From assembly GCF_009914755.1 (NCBI RefSeq), contig NC_060948.1: 64,000 nucleotides of DNA. One strand, 5' to 3'. The notes under the pieces were generated by a model. It was not told the origin of the DNA. It did no database searches and saw nothing but the letters and a program-made list of their open reading frames with translations. Numbering within the stretch: the first letter of the stretch is position 1; every line of letters starts with the position of its first letter. This document shows, piece after piece, positions 14,059-35,160 of the stretch. The stretch comes from the human T2T-CHM13v2.0 reference genome, Homo sapiens. Both the position numbers and the translations under genes were made by a program.

Positions 14059-14477
14059 TGATGGGACTGTAAACTAATTCAACCCTTGTGGGAGTCAGTG
14101 CGGCGGTGATTCCTCAGGGATCTAGAACTAGAAATACCATTTGACCCAGCCAACCCACTACTGGGTATATACCCAAAGGACTATAAATCATGCTGCTATA
14201 AAGACACATGCACACGTATGTTTATTGCGGCGGTATTCACAATAACAAAGACTTGGAACCAATCCAAATGTCCAACTATGACAGACTGGATTAAGAAAAT
14301 GTGGCACATGGTGGGGAGGAGCCAAGATGTCCGAATAGGAACAGCTCCGGTTGACAGCTTTCTGCATTTCCATCAGAGGTATTGGGTTCATCTCACTAGG
14401 GAGTTCCAGACAGTGGACGCATGTCAGTGGGTGCATGCACTGTGCACGAGCTGAAGCAGGGCAAGGCATTGCCTCAC

Positions 14478-14732
14478 TCAGGAAGTGCAAGGGGTCAGGA
14501 AATTCCCTTTCCTAGTCAAGGAAAGGGGTGATGGATGGCACTTGGAAAATCGGATCACTCCAACCCAAAGACTACACTTTTCCAAAGGGCTTAAAAACCG
14601 GTGCACCAGGAGATTATATCCTGCACCTGGCTCGGAGGGTCCTGTGCCCATGGAGTCTCCCTGATTGCTAGCACAGCAGTCTGAGATCAAACTGCAAGTC
14701 AGCAGCAAGGCTAGGGGAGGGGTGCCCACCAT
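14478..14732 (-). CDS. L1 antisense ORF0 homolog, open 84-aa frame; expression unknown
   Basis: MVGTPPLALLLTCSLISDCCASNQGDSMGTGPSEPGAGYNL... aligns with primate L1 ORF0p (MAGAPPPASLPPCSLISDCCASNQ...). Confidence 0.55.
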   Translation of the reverse strand: MVGTPPLALLLTCSLISDCCASNQGDSMGTGPSEPGAGYNLLVHRFLSPLEKCSLWVGVIRFSKCHPSPLSLTRKGNFLTPCTS

Positions 14733-15187
14733 TGCCCAGGCTTGCTTAGGTAAACAAAGCAGCCAGGAAGCTCGAACAGGGTGGAGCCCACCACAGCTCA
14801 AGGATGCCTGCCTGCCTCTGTAGGCTCCACCTCTGGGGACAGGGCACAGACAAACAAAAAGACAGCAGTAACCTCTGCACACTTAAATGTCCCTGTCTGA
14901 CAGCTTTGAAGAGAGCAGTGGTTCTCCCAGCACACAGCTGGAGATCTGAGAATGGGCAGACTGCCTCCTCAAGTGGGTCCCTCACCCCTGACCCCAGAGT
15001 AGCTTAACTGGGAGGCACCCCCCAGCAGGGGCAGACTGACACCTCACAGGACCACGTACTCCAACAGATCTGCAGCTGAAGGTCCTGTCTTTTAGAAGGA
15101 AAACTAACAAACAGAAAGCACATCCACACCGAAAACCCATCTGTACATCACCATCATCAAAGACCAAAAGTAGATAAAACCACAAAG

Positions 15188-16204
15188 ATGGGGAAAAAAC
15201 AGAGCAGAGAAACTGGAAACTCTAAAAAGCAGAGCGCTTCTCCTCCTCCAAAGGAACGCAGTTCCTCAGCAGCAAGGGAACAAAGCTGGACGGAGAATGA
15301 CTTTAATGATCTGAGAGAAGAAGGCTTCAGACCATCAAATTACTCTGAGCTATGGGAGGACATTCAAAACAAAGGCAAAGAAGTTGAAAACTTGAAAAAA
15401 ATTTAGAAGAATGTGTAACTAGAATAACCAATACAAAGAAGTGCTTAAAGGAGCTGATGGAGCTGAAAACCAAGGCTCAAGAACTACGTGAAGAATGCAG
15501 AAGCCTCAGGAGCTGATGCGATCAACTGGAAGAAAGGGTATCAGCGATGGAAGATGAAATGAATGAAATGAAGTGAGAAGGGAAGTTTAGAGAAAAAAGA
15601 ATAAAAAGAAATGAACAAAACCTCCAAGAAATATGGGATTATGTGAAAAGACCAAATCTATGTCTGATTGGTGTACCTGAAAGTGACAGGGAGAATGGAA
15701 CCAAGTTGGAAAACACTCTGCAGGATATTATGCAGGGGAACTTCCCCAATCTATCAAGGCAGGCCAATATTCAGATTTAGGAAATACAGAGAACACCACA
15801 AAGATACTCCTTGAGAAGAGCAACTCCAAGACACATAATTGTCAGATTCACCAAAGTTGAAATGAAGGAAAAAATGTTAAGGGCAGCCAGAGAGAAAGAT
15901 CGGGTTACACTAAAAGGGAAGCCCATCAGACTAACAGTGGATCTCTCGGTGGAAACTCTACAAGCCAGAAGAGAGTGAAGGCCAATATTCAACATTCTTA
16001 AAGGAAAGAATTTTCAACCCAGAATTTCATATGCAGCCAAACTAAGCTTCATAAGTGAAGGAAAAATAAAATATTTTAAAGACAAGCAAATGCTGAGAGA
16101 TTTTTGTCACCACCAGGCCTGCCCTAAAAGAGCTCCTAAAGGAAGCGCTAAGCATGGAAAGGAAAAACCGGTACCAGCCACTGCAAAATCATGCCAAAAT
16201 GTAA
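15188..16204 (+). pseudogene. L1 ORF1 (RNA-binding protein), disrupted
   Basis: MGKKQ start; frameshift and several stops. Confidence 0.92.
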
Positions 16205-16264
16205 TGACCATCGAGACTAGGAAGAAACTGCATCAACTAACGAGCAAAATAACCAACTAACATA

Positions 16265-20060
<3,796 letters not shown>

Positions 20061-20779
20061 ACAATGAGAACACATGGACACAGGAAGGAGAACATCACAC
20101 TCTGGGGACTGTTATGGGGTTAGGGGATGGGGGAGGGATAGCTTTGGGAGATATACCTAATGCTAGATGACGAGTTAGTGGGTGCAGTGCACCAGCATGG
20201 CACATGTATACATATATAACTAACCTGCACATTGTGCACATGTACCCTAAAACTTAAAGTATGATAATAATAAATAAAAAATAAATTAAAAACAAAGAAT
20301 ATATGGCACATATACACCATGGAATACTACGCAGCCATAAAAAACGAAGAGTTCATGTCCTTTGTAGGGACATGGATGAAATTGGAAACCATCATTCTCA
20401 GCAAACTATTGCAAGGACAGAAAATGAAACACCGCATGTTGTCACTCATAGGTGGGAATTGAACAATGAGAACACATGGACACAGGAAGGGGAACATCAC
20501 ACTCTGGGTACTGTTGTGGGGTGGGGGGAGGGGGGAAGGATATCATTAGGAGATATACCTAATGCTAAATGATGAGTTAATGGGGGCAGCACACCAGCAT
20601 GACACATGTATACATATGTAACTAACCTGCACATTGTGCACATGTACCCTAAAACTTAAAGTATAATAATACTAACATGAAATAAAAAAACAATAAAAAA
20701 TAAAGGAACCCACTCCATAATGTTTTCTTTTTAAAATTTTAGTTCATAAAGATTAGTAACAGTTTTTTTAATAGTTACC

Positions 20780-21152
20780 CGTATTAGTCTGTTTTCATGT
20801 TTCTAATAAAGACATACCTAAGACTGGGTAATTTATAAAGAAAAGAGGTTTAATTGACTCACAGTTCTGCAAGGATGGGGAGGTCTCAGAAAACTTACAA
20901 TCATGGTGGAAAGGATAGCAAACATGTCCTTTACATGCTAGCAGCAAGAAGTGCAGAGTGAATTGGAGGAAAAGCCCCTTATAAAACTATCAGATGTAGT
21001 GAAAACTCATTCATTATCACAAGAACAGCATGGAGATAGCCTCCCCCATGTTTCAATCACCTCCCACCAGGCCCCTCATATGACAGATGGGGATTATGGG
21101 ATCTGCAATTTAAGATGAGATTTGAGAGGGTACACAGAGCCAAACCAAATTA
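20780..21152 (-). mobile_element. THE1-type (THE1D/MSTA) MaLR solo LTR
   Basis: GTATTAGTC...CCAAACCA termini; 5-bp TSD TTACC/CTACC. Confidence 0.88.
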
Positions 21153-21234
21153 CTACCCTTCCCCTTTAACACACTGTAACATTAAAATATCTTCTTATTT
21201 ACTGTTTGAGATTTCTCAAAAGCTGGCAAATTGT

Positions 21235-21355
21235 GAGCTGTGTAGGAGACTGAGATATGAGGATTGCTTAAGCCCATTAATTCAAGGCTGTAGTGAGCTA
21301 GGATCATGCCACTGAACCCCGGCTAGGCAACAGAGCAAGATCCTGGAAAAAAAAT
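21235..21355 (+). mobile_element. Alu right-arm (FRAM/AluJ) fragment
   Basis: GAGGATTGCTTAAGCCC...GATCATGCCACTG...CAACAGAGCAAGA. Confidence 0.8.
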
Positions 21356-22028
21356 GATTATTTGTCCCTGGTCTTTATAGAACAACCCACTCGGCTGTAG
21401 AAAAAGTGTGTCCTTTGGAAATATTAACAAAGAATTGTGACTTAGAAGTAAGAGGTCAGAGATTTGCAGGCTCAGAAGACTGCACAATGAAAGCTCAAGG
21501 ATAAATAGGATGAGTCAACGAATCACCCAACATCTCATCTTCTGCCTTTCCTCCCACTTTTTTCTCTCATTTTCTATGAAGAAATGACGGGATTGACAAG
21601 ATAGAATCAATGACATGGCTCAGAAGGCAGCAATTCTTACCACAGATCTCACTCTTTTTTTTTTTTTTTAATTCAACACAAGGGAGTACACAAACAATAA
21701 CCAACAAACCAAATCTGTACCACTGCCTTTTTTGTATGGCCTATGGGAGACATAGGCTCACCACCTTCTAAACATTAGCTGAAAAATCACTGACATAAAT
21801 CTTATTGATCTTTTGGAAGAAACAACTTTTAGGCCCTGTTAAATACCTCTTTTGTTTTCTGTTTAGTGGTATCCTACCTCTTATCTTTATTACCTTTTTT
21901 GGTTTGATCAGACCTCTGTGCATTATTTCATTATCTTATCTACTCTCCCACCTCTGAGTTTAATGGCTCTTCATTCTGTAGTTTCTTAAGTTGAGAAAAA
22001 GAGTTCTTTAATGTATCACATTTCTTCT

Positions 22029-22389
22029 TGATATGATTTGGCCATGTCCCCATCCAAATCTCATCTTGAATTTTAGCTCCCATAATTCCCACCTGCCATG
22101 GGAGGAACCTAGTGGAAGATAATTGAATCATGGGGGCAATTTCCCCCATATTGTTCTCATGGTAATCAGTAAGTCTCATGAGATCTGATGGTTTTATAAA
22201 GGGAAGTCCCTTTCTCTTGGCTCTCATTCTCTCTTGTCTGTTGCCATGTAAGATGTGTCTTTCATCTTCTGCCATGATTGTGAGGCCTCCTCAGCCACAT
22301 GGAACTGTGAGTCAATTAAATCTCGTTTTCTTTATAAATTACCCAGTACCAGTAGGTCTTTAACAGCAGTGTGAAAATGGACTAATACA
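22029..22389 (+). mobile_element. THE1 (C/D) MaLR solo LTR
   Basis: TGATATGATTTGG...GACTAATACA; CTTCT on both flanks. Confidence 0.9.
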
Positions 22390-22822
22390 ACTTCTCTTTC
22401 AGGATGTGTATGTGATGCTAGGCAAGTGTATTTGTCATTGCTTTAGGTCCATCCCGCAAACTGTCATATACTGGCATTTATTTACCCAACATCTATTGGA
22501 AGCATTTATTCACCATGCATATGTCAATAAAATGAAATTTATCCAGACTAATTAAAGGCTATATAAATAAATATAAATAAATATTATGTAGATATACAAA
22601 AATATTCATTTAAATCCATAAATGTTTAAATAAATCACTTATGTAGCACAGATGTAAAACATAAATGATTTATTCATATTAGTATGTTTCTGTATAAATG
22701 CATAAGTATTTGGATGTACATTTTTACCATTTTAATAAGCAAATTTTACTATTTTAATATGTATATTTCCTACAATAGGAAATATACATGTGGCAAATAC
22801 ATGTATATAATAATCCCCATGT

Positions 22823-23143
<321 letters not shown>

Positions 23144-23159
23144 TCAAGGACCAGATGGA

Positions 23160-23690
23160 GATTATATATACGTGAAACAAATTTTGCACATATAGTGCCA
23201 TGACCACATCATTCCACATGTAGTTATTTACCCAAGAGAAATAAAAATACACATCCCAGAGCGGACAAACAAATGAATTATCATTTCAACTTGTTTCTTA
23301 TTGGACCTAAGGTAAACACGGCCAAATGCCCTCAATAAAAGAATAGACAACTACAAGGCAGTATTTTTCATATAACAAAATGCTGTTCAATAATTAAATT
23401 GTGAATAAAAAGGCTAATAATCACCATGAAATGAGTGAATCCCCCAAACATTAAGTGTAGTAAAAGGGGCTGGAGAAAAGAAAAATTCCTACTATAAGAT
23501 GCCATTCACAAAAAATTGAAGACCAAAAAAGATAACCTAGGATGTTAAATGAAAGAACCATGTTTGCCTCTGGGCATAAAAGGAGTTGACCAGAAAGTCA
23601 TTTTTCTGGTATGGTAAGAATACACTTTTCATGATTTCTTCTGATATTGATAATGCATAACTACTTATACATATTTGAGAACATTCCTTG
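23160..23690 (+). mobile_element. Ancient L1ME-like 3' fragment
   Basis: Weak similarity (TTTACCCAAGAGAAATAAAAATAC...CCAAATGCCC.CAATA). Confidence 0.5.
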
Positions 23691-23695
23691 CATTG

Positions 23696-24064
23696 CAATA
23701 TGGTTTTGCTCTGTGTCCCCACCCAAATCTCACCTTGAATTGTAATAATCTGAACATGTCAAGGGCAGGACAAGGTGGACATAATTGAATCATGGGGGAT
23801 GGTTTCCTCCATGCTGTTCTCATGATAATGAATGCATTCTCATGAGAGCTGATGGTTTTATTAGGGGCTTCTCCCCGTTTTGCGTGGTATTTCTCCTTGC
23901 CGCAGCCATGTGAAGAAGGGCGTGTTTGCTTCCTCTTCCTCCATTATTGTAAGTTGTCTGAAGCCCCCAGCCATGCTAAACTGTGGGTCCATTAAACCTT
24001 TTTTCTTTATAGATAACCTAGTTTCATATATTGTTGCATAGCAGTATAAAAATGGACTAATACA
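23696..24064 (+). mobile_element. THE1 (C/D) MaLR solo LTR
   Basis: ATATGGTTT.GCTCTGTGTCCCCACCCAAATCTCA...GACTAATACA. Confidence 0.9.
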
Positions 24065-25603
24065 AATTATATATTTAAAGCCATGAATTTCACTTATGTG
24101 TGTTCATTTCAATAAAAATTGCACAGTTCTTTGTATAGCTCCAAAAAGCATAAGCAAATGCATGCATTCAATAATACAGGAAACTACCACTCAAGCAGAG
24201 TTTACACAAACAGAACTTAAGAGAGTTGAATCCCTTAGTCAGTAATATACTCTGTTTCTGGTTTCACTGTTGGCAATTGTAGAAGCTTCAATCAATTATT
24301 CAAGGAAATCTACTTTTTAAATTCATGTTATTCTCTCCTAAGTAACCCAACTTATAAGATTGTTTTCAGTTATAATGTTTTCTATGTCAGTAGTAGAACC
24401 TTTTAATTTGTGTTTCAATTAGGGTTCTGAATGAATTTAGGTCTACTTTTTTTTCTAGGAGAATCTTTTTCTAGAAAACTTCTGTACTTTTCTGTTCTGG
24501 GAAACTCCGATTGAGTATTTCTCAATTGGGAAATACCTACAGGAGCTTCTCTTTTCTACACTGTAAAGAGAAACAGAGATTTTCTCAAGCTTGAACCATA
24601 GCACTTATTTCCTTATTTCTCTAAATCTTACTGAATTTGTCCTAAAAATGAAGCATAATATGTTCTTTCTGTCCCATGTCTCATCCAATTTGATTGAAAT
24701 ACCTATTAAATTCTTACAGAACCTTCTTTCTATATTCTGCCTTGTCAGAAAACATATGGCAGTTATTTTTTATTTCCAGGTTCTTAATAGGTAGTGTCTG
24801 GACTTTAGATCAGGGCTACTGGCAATTTTACCATGGTATCACTTCTCTACAAAGGTAAAAGAAAATTTTCCTACATCACAGCAGTGCTATTAACACATCA
24901 AATAAAAACAAAATAAATTTTCTACTATCATAAAATCTCACTATTGATATCTAAGTTTCATCAGAGTTATCCAGTAAAATATCTTACTTTACATTTGCTC
25001 CCTTTAGTTTATTTTAACTGGAATAGCCACTTCATTCCCATTTTTATCTAATTTCCTAGGTTTTTGGGGGGAGGAGGGGTGATCTGAACCTGGCTTTATA
25101 AAATATCCCTCACTTATCCTGGACGTATCTGATATACCTGCCACAGTTAACATGTACCCATGGACCTTTTAATTCCTGTTGAGGGGAAAATTGGACCTAA
25201 GCCATGCTTGGAGTGAAGTTAGCCATCTGAATGGTAATGCTGTGCTGGCTCATGCCAATATACAAAAAGCTGTAATTGATAGCTCATTGGTGGAACCAGC
25301 ATGGTCATTTCACTTTACAGATAATGATATTTTCTATTTAAATTCAGCATTTCTTTTATCAAGAAGAGCTCACAGACTTCCTCCTCAAGTGGGTCCCTGA
25401 CCCCTGACCCCTGAGCAGCCTAACTGGGAGGTACCCCCGAGCACGGGCACACTGACACCTCACATGGCAGGGTATTCCAACAGACCTGCAGCTGAGGGTC
25501 CTGTCTGTTAGAAGGAAAACTAACAAACAGAAAGGACATCCACACCGAAAACACATCTGTACATCACCATCATCAAAGACCAAAAGTAGATAAAACCACA
25601 AAG

Positions 25604-26611
25604 ATGGGGAAAAAACAGAACAGAAAAACTGGAAACTCTAACACGCAGAGCGTCTCTCCTCCTCCAAAGGAACGCAGTTCCTCACCAGCAACGGAACAAA
25701 GCTGGATGGAGAATGACTTTGACGAGCTGAGAGAAGAAGGCTTCAGATGATCAAATTACTCTGAGCTACAGGAGGACATTCAAACCAAAGGCAAAGAAGT
25801 TGAAAACTTTGAAAAACATTAAGAAGAATGTATAACTAGAATAATCAATACAGAGAAGTGCTTAAAGGAGCTGATGGAGCTGAAAACCAAGGCTCGAGAA
25901 CTATGTGAAGAATGCAGAAGCCTCAGGAGCCGATGCAATCAACTGGAAGAAAGGGTATCAGCAATGGAAGATGAAATGAATGAAATGAAGCAAGAAGGGA
26001 AGTTTAGAGAAAAAAGAATAAACAGAAATGAGCAAAGCCTCCAAGAAATACGGCACTATGTGAAAAGACCAAATCTACGTCTGATTGGTGTACCTGAAAC
26101 TGATGGGGAGAATGGAACCAAGTTGGAAAACACTCCGCAGGATATTATCCAGGAGAACTTCCCCAATCTAGCAAAGCAGGCCAACGTTCAGATTCAGGAA
26201 ATACAGAGAAGATACTCCTCGAGAAGAGCAACTCCAAGACACATAATTGTCAGATTCACCAAAGTTGAAATGAAGGAAAAAATGTTAAGGGCAGCCAGAA
26301 AGAAAGGTCGGGTTACCCTCAAAGGGAAGTCCATCAGACTAACAGCGGATCTCTCGGCAGAAACCCTACAAGCCAGAAGAGAGTGGGGGCCAATATTCAA
26401 CAATCTTAAAGAAAAGAATTTTCAACCCAGAATTTCATATCCAGCCAAACTAAGCTTCATAAGTGAAGGAGAAATAAAATACTTTACAGACAAGCAAATG
26501 CTGAGAGATTTTGTCACCACCAGGCCTGCCCTAAAAGAGCTCCTGAAGGAAGTGCTAAACATGGAAAGGAACAACCGGTACCAGCCGCTGCAAAATCATG
26601 CCAAAATGTAA
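25604..26611 (+). pseudogene. L1 ORF1, disrupted
   Basis: ATG at 25604, premature TGA at ~25748, open 245-aa C-terminal part (25874-26611) with a 9-bp deletion. Confidence 0.93.
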
Positions 26612-26674
26612 AGACCATCGAGACTAGGAAGAAACTGCATCAACTAACGAGCAAAATCACCAGCTAACATCATA

Positions 26675-30495
<3,821 letters not shown>

Positions 30496-30713
30496 ACAAT
30501 GAGGTCACATGGACACAGGAAGGGGAATATCACACTCTGGGGACTGTTGTGGGGTGGGGGGAAGGGGGAGGGATAGCATTGGGAGATATACCTAATGCTA
30601 GATGACGAGTTAGTGGGTGCAGTGCACCAGCATGGCACATGTATACATATGTATCTAACCTGCACAATGTGCACATGTACCCTAAAACTTAAAGTATAAT
30701 AAAAAAAAAAAAA

Positions 30714-32325
30714 GGATTTCTGGGTCAAATGGTATTTCTGTTTCTACATCCTTGAGGTGTCTCCACACTGTCTTCCACAATGGTTGAACAAATTTACAAC
30801 CCCTCCAAAAGTGTAAAAGCATTCCTATTTGTCTGCATCCTTGCCAGCATCTGTTTTTTTTTCTAGTTTTTTTTCTAGTTCTGTGAGAATGTCAATTGTG
30901 GCTTGACGGGGATAGCAGTGAATCTATAAATTACTTTGGGTGGTATGGCCATTTTCTGACTTTTTAATAATTGCCTTCTAATTGGCATGAGATGGCATCA
31001 TATTATGGTTTTTATTTTCATTTCTCTAATGAACAGTGATGATTATCTTCTTTTCATATATTTGTTGACTGCATACATGTCTTCTTTCGAGATGTGTCAG
31101 TTCATATCCTTCATCCACTTTTGATAGATTGCTTGTTTTCATCTTTGTTTAAGTTCTTGTAGATTCTGGATATTAGGCCTTTTGACAGATGGATAGATTG
31201 CAAAAACTTTCTCCCATTCTATAGGTTGCCTGTTCACTTTGATGATATATTCCTTTGCTGTGCAGAGGTTCTTTAGTTTAATTAGATCCCATTTGTCAAT
31301 TTTGGTTTTTGTTGCTGTTGCAATTGCAATTTCTTTTGGTGTTTTAGTCATGAAGTTTTTGCTAATGCCCATGTCGTGAAAGGTATTGCCTAGGTTTTCT
31401 TCTAGGGTTTTTATGGTTTTAGGTCTTACATTTAAGTCTTTAATCCATCTTGGGTTAATTTTTGTATATCGTGTAAGGAAGGGGTCCAGTTTCAGTTTTC
31501 TGTATATGGCTAGCCAGTTTTCCCAGCACCATTTATTAAATAGAAAATCCTTTCTCCATTGCTTGTTTTTGTCAGGTTTGTCAAACATCAGATAGCTGTA
31601 GATGTCTGATGTTACTTCTGAAGCCCCTGTTCTGTTATGTTGGTCTATATATCTTTTTTGGTACCAGTACCATGTTGTTTTGGTTACCGTAGCCTTGTAA
31701 TGTAGTTTGAAGTCAGGTGGCATGATGCATCTGGCTTTGTTCTTTTTGCTTAGGATTGTCCTGGCTACACATGATATTTGATGCCATATGATAGTTGAAC
31801 TAGTTTTTTTTCTAGTTCTGTGAGAATGTCAATTGTGGTTTGATGGGGATAGAAGTGAATCTATAAATTACTTTGGGTGGTATGGCCATTTTCATGATAT
31901 TGATACTTCCTATCCATGAGCATGGAATATTTTTCCATTTGTTATGTTCTCTTTTACTTCTTTGAACAGTGGTTTGTAGTTCTCCTTTAAGAGGTCCTTC
32001 GTGTCCCTTGTAATTTGTATTCCTAGATGTTTTATTCTCTTGGTAGCAATTGTGAATGAGAGTTCACTCATGAATTGGCTCTCTGTTTTTCTCTTATTAG
32101 TGTATAGGAACCCCTGTGATTTTTTTGCACATTGATTTTGTATCCTGAGACTAGAGTTGCTTATCAGCTGAAGCAGTTTTTGGGTGAGATGACGGGGTTT
32201 TCTAAATATACAATTTTGTCATATGAAAACAAAGAAAATTTGACTTCCTCTCTTCCTATTTGAATATACTTTATTTATTTTCTTCCATGATTTCCCTGAC
32301 CAGAACTTCCAGTACTATATTAATG
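30714..32325 (-). mobile_element. Older L1PA (about PA8-13) ORF2 fragment missing its 3' end
   Basis: Minus-strand ORF 31139-31723 is ORF2-like ([16 protein letters not shown]). Confidence 0.9.
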
Positions 32326-33324
32326 TTCTCTCTCACCGCTCCTATACCACTCACAGTTTCTACCAATGTTTTCTCCTCTTTTGTTTTGTATCATCTAGTT
32401 ACAAACAGGCAGAGTCAGAAATGAGTTAAAAGATAGGAGACCTTACATCAAGAATTAGAAATAAGACATCATTTTCCTTCTCAGTGCATCTGATAATTCT
32501 CAAAACATCCAAAAATTGTCATCATCAGAAAGCTGCCTTCCTTCATGCTAAAAGTCAGCTTTGCTCTAAATAGAGACTTCTAAGTGGTTGTCTGTTCCAC
32601 CACAGACATTTGACCATTGAGAGTATAAAGCTCAGAGTTTCACAGTGGCATATTTCATAAAAGTTTCAAGAGGTTGCTTTTGGTGTAGTTATATAGTGGA
32701 TTAATTTCTTACTACATTTAACATGACACCTTCAAAAATACCCAAAATATTAATACTATACCTACACATCATATTTATCCTTGAAGAAAGTTCAAACATT
32801 CTTTTAATTTGTAAAGAAATAATTCAATTAACAAATGATTTCATTAGAAGTTTCTATAATTACTAATACATGAATTAGTTGTGGACTAAGTATTGCAGAA
32901 GAATTCTATGTTACATGAGTAACATAGAATTTTAAATACATGAGTGTTTTTAATACATGAGTGTTTTTTGTTTGTTTGTTTGTTTTTAATGAGACTGGCT
33001 TGATTTCTCCTGGCACTTGAGCAATGAATACAGGTGTAGATATAAAGTGTGAGGCCCAAAATTTGGGTTAACTATTACATTCTGTTCTAATCAATATTGC
33101 TCGATTTCATAAAATTAATGTGTATTTAGTTTTTTTCTCTTGAATATCAAGCATCCCAGCATTTCCAAAAAAAAAAAAAATCTGCCTTCAACATTTTTTT
33201 TCATTCATTTGCCATATAGCCAATGAGAAAACTGGCTACCTTGAGCCACCTTCCATACTACATTGAGGAACCCTACAATGAAAAAGCCTTGATGTCTATT
33301 TAAAAAAAAAAGGAAATGGAATTA

Positions 33325-34098
33325 AAACGTGCATATCATGGAACCAACTCATGTGCCCAACATTAGTAGACTAGGTAAATAAAATATGGTACATTTAAAT
33401 TTCAGAATACTATGCAGCCATAAAAAAGAATCAAATCATGTACTTTGCAGCCACATGGATGCATGTGGAGACCACTATTCTAAGCAAATCAAAGCAGGAA
33501 CAGAACACCAAATACCACATGTTCTCACCTCTAAGTGGGCCCTGGACACAAAGAAAGAAACAACAAACAGTGGAGACCCCAAAAGTGGGAAGGGACAGAG
33601 GGAGATCAGTGTTCAAAACCTTCCTGCATTAGTCCATTTTCACACTGCTGGTAAAGGCATACCCAAGACTGGAGAATTTAGAAAAGAAAGAGCTACCACA
33701 TTGCTGAGGTGGTCTCACAGTCATGGTGGTAGGTAAAAGGCAAGTTTCACATGGCAGCAGACAAGAGAAGAGAGCTTCCATATTATTTTTTAAATAATCA
33801 GATCTCATGAGATTTATTCACTATCACCACGAGAACAGCATGGGAAAGATCTGCCCCCATGATCCAATTATCCAATATGTTGTGGGTCCCCTCCACAACA
33901 TATGAGAATTCAAGATTAGATTTGTGTGAGGCACAGCCAAACCACATAACTTCCTATTGGGTACTATACCCACAACATGCATGATGGGATCATTAGAAGT
34001 CCAACCTTCAGCATTGTGCAATGTACCCATGTAACAAATGTGCACATGTACTCCCTGAATCTAAAATTAAAATTAAATATTTTTTTAAAAAAACAAAA
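33325..34098 (+). mobile_element. Old L1 3' end (L1PA15/L1PB-like) interrupted by THE1
   Basis: GAATACTATGCAGCCATAAAAAAG ... CCCTGAATCTAAAAT 3'UTR. Confidence 0.82.
33625..33949 (-). mobile_element. THE1 (A/B) MaLR solo LTR
   Basis: Perfect 5-bp TSD CTTCC (33620-33624, 33950-33954). Confidence 0.9.
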
Positions 34099-34184
34099 AG
34101 GCAGCATATTCAAATGAGGGAAACCATCCCCCATTCATGTTCAAAGATGGAAATCAGCTTTGAAGTAGCCACAGGAAGTTTTTG

Positions 34185-35160
34185 TGTGTATTGGTTCCAT
34201 ATGACAACTATAAAGAATTACCTCAAATTTCGTGTCTTGAAACAACAGACATTAATTACCTTATAGTTCTGTAGATCAAAAATGAATTGACTTCTCACAG
34301 GGCTCAGTCAAGTTGTTGTCAGACCCATGTTTCTTCTGCATGATCTAGCATAGAAAATTTTCCCTTCCTTTTACAGCTTTTAGAGACCACCCACATTCAT
34401 TGCTTCATGGACCCTTCAACAAAAATGACCCATAAATCCTCTCATCCCATCCCTTTGACTCTAAGCCTCTTTCTACTTCCAGCTTCTACTTTTTTAAAAA
34501 ATTAATTTTAATTTGAAGTTCCGGGGTACATGTGCAGGTTGTTCAAGTTTGTTACATAGATAAACATGTGTCATGGTAGTTTGCTGCACCTATCAACCCA
34601 CCTACTAGGTATTAAACATAGCATGCATTGGCTACTTTTCCCAATGCTCTCCCTCACCTCACCCCATCTCCCTCACACACAGGCCCCAGTGTGTGTCATT
34701 CCTCTCCCTGTGTCTCTGTGTTCTCATTGTCCAGGTCCCATTTCTCAGTGAGAACATGCTTGTTTGGTTTTCTGTTCCTGTATCAGTTTGCTGAAAATAA
34801 TGGCTTCCATCTCTACCCATGTCCCTGCAAAAGACATGACCTTATTCCTTTTAATGGCTGCATAGTGTTCCAGGGTGTATATGTACATTTTCTTTATCCA
34901 GTCTATCATTGAGGGGCATTTGGGTTGATTCTACGTCTTTACTATTGTGAATAGCCTATCTTCTACTTTTAAGGAACTTTATAATTATAGTAAACTTCCC
35001 CAGGTAATCCAGGATTAGTGCCTCATCTCAAACTCACCTGATAAGCAACGTTAATTCTATCTGCAAGTTGAATTCTCTTCTTGTCACCTAACTTAGTCTA
35101 TTCACAATTTCTAGGGAATAGCATGAGGATATTTTTGGGAGACTCTTATTTTGAATCCCA
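34185..35160 (-). mobile_element. MLT1-type MaLR LTR interrupted by an L1 3' end
   Basis: TTGAAACAACAGAC...TATAGTTCTGTAG and CCCAGGTAATCCAGGAT motifs. Confidence 0.7.
34494..34955 (-). mobile_element. L1PA (about PA10-13) 3' end
   Basis: L1 3'UTR; TSD CTTCTACTTTT at ~34483 and ~34960. Confidence 0.88.

Noticed and set aside
30549-30572. G-quadruplex motif (also ~20116 and ~20518)
   Set aside because: Normal, well-described L1 3'UTR G-tract
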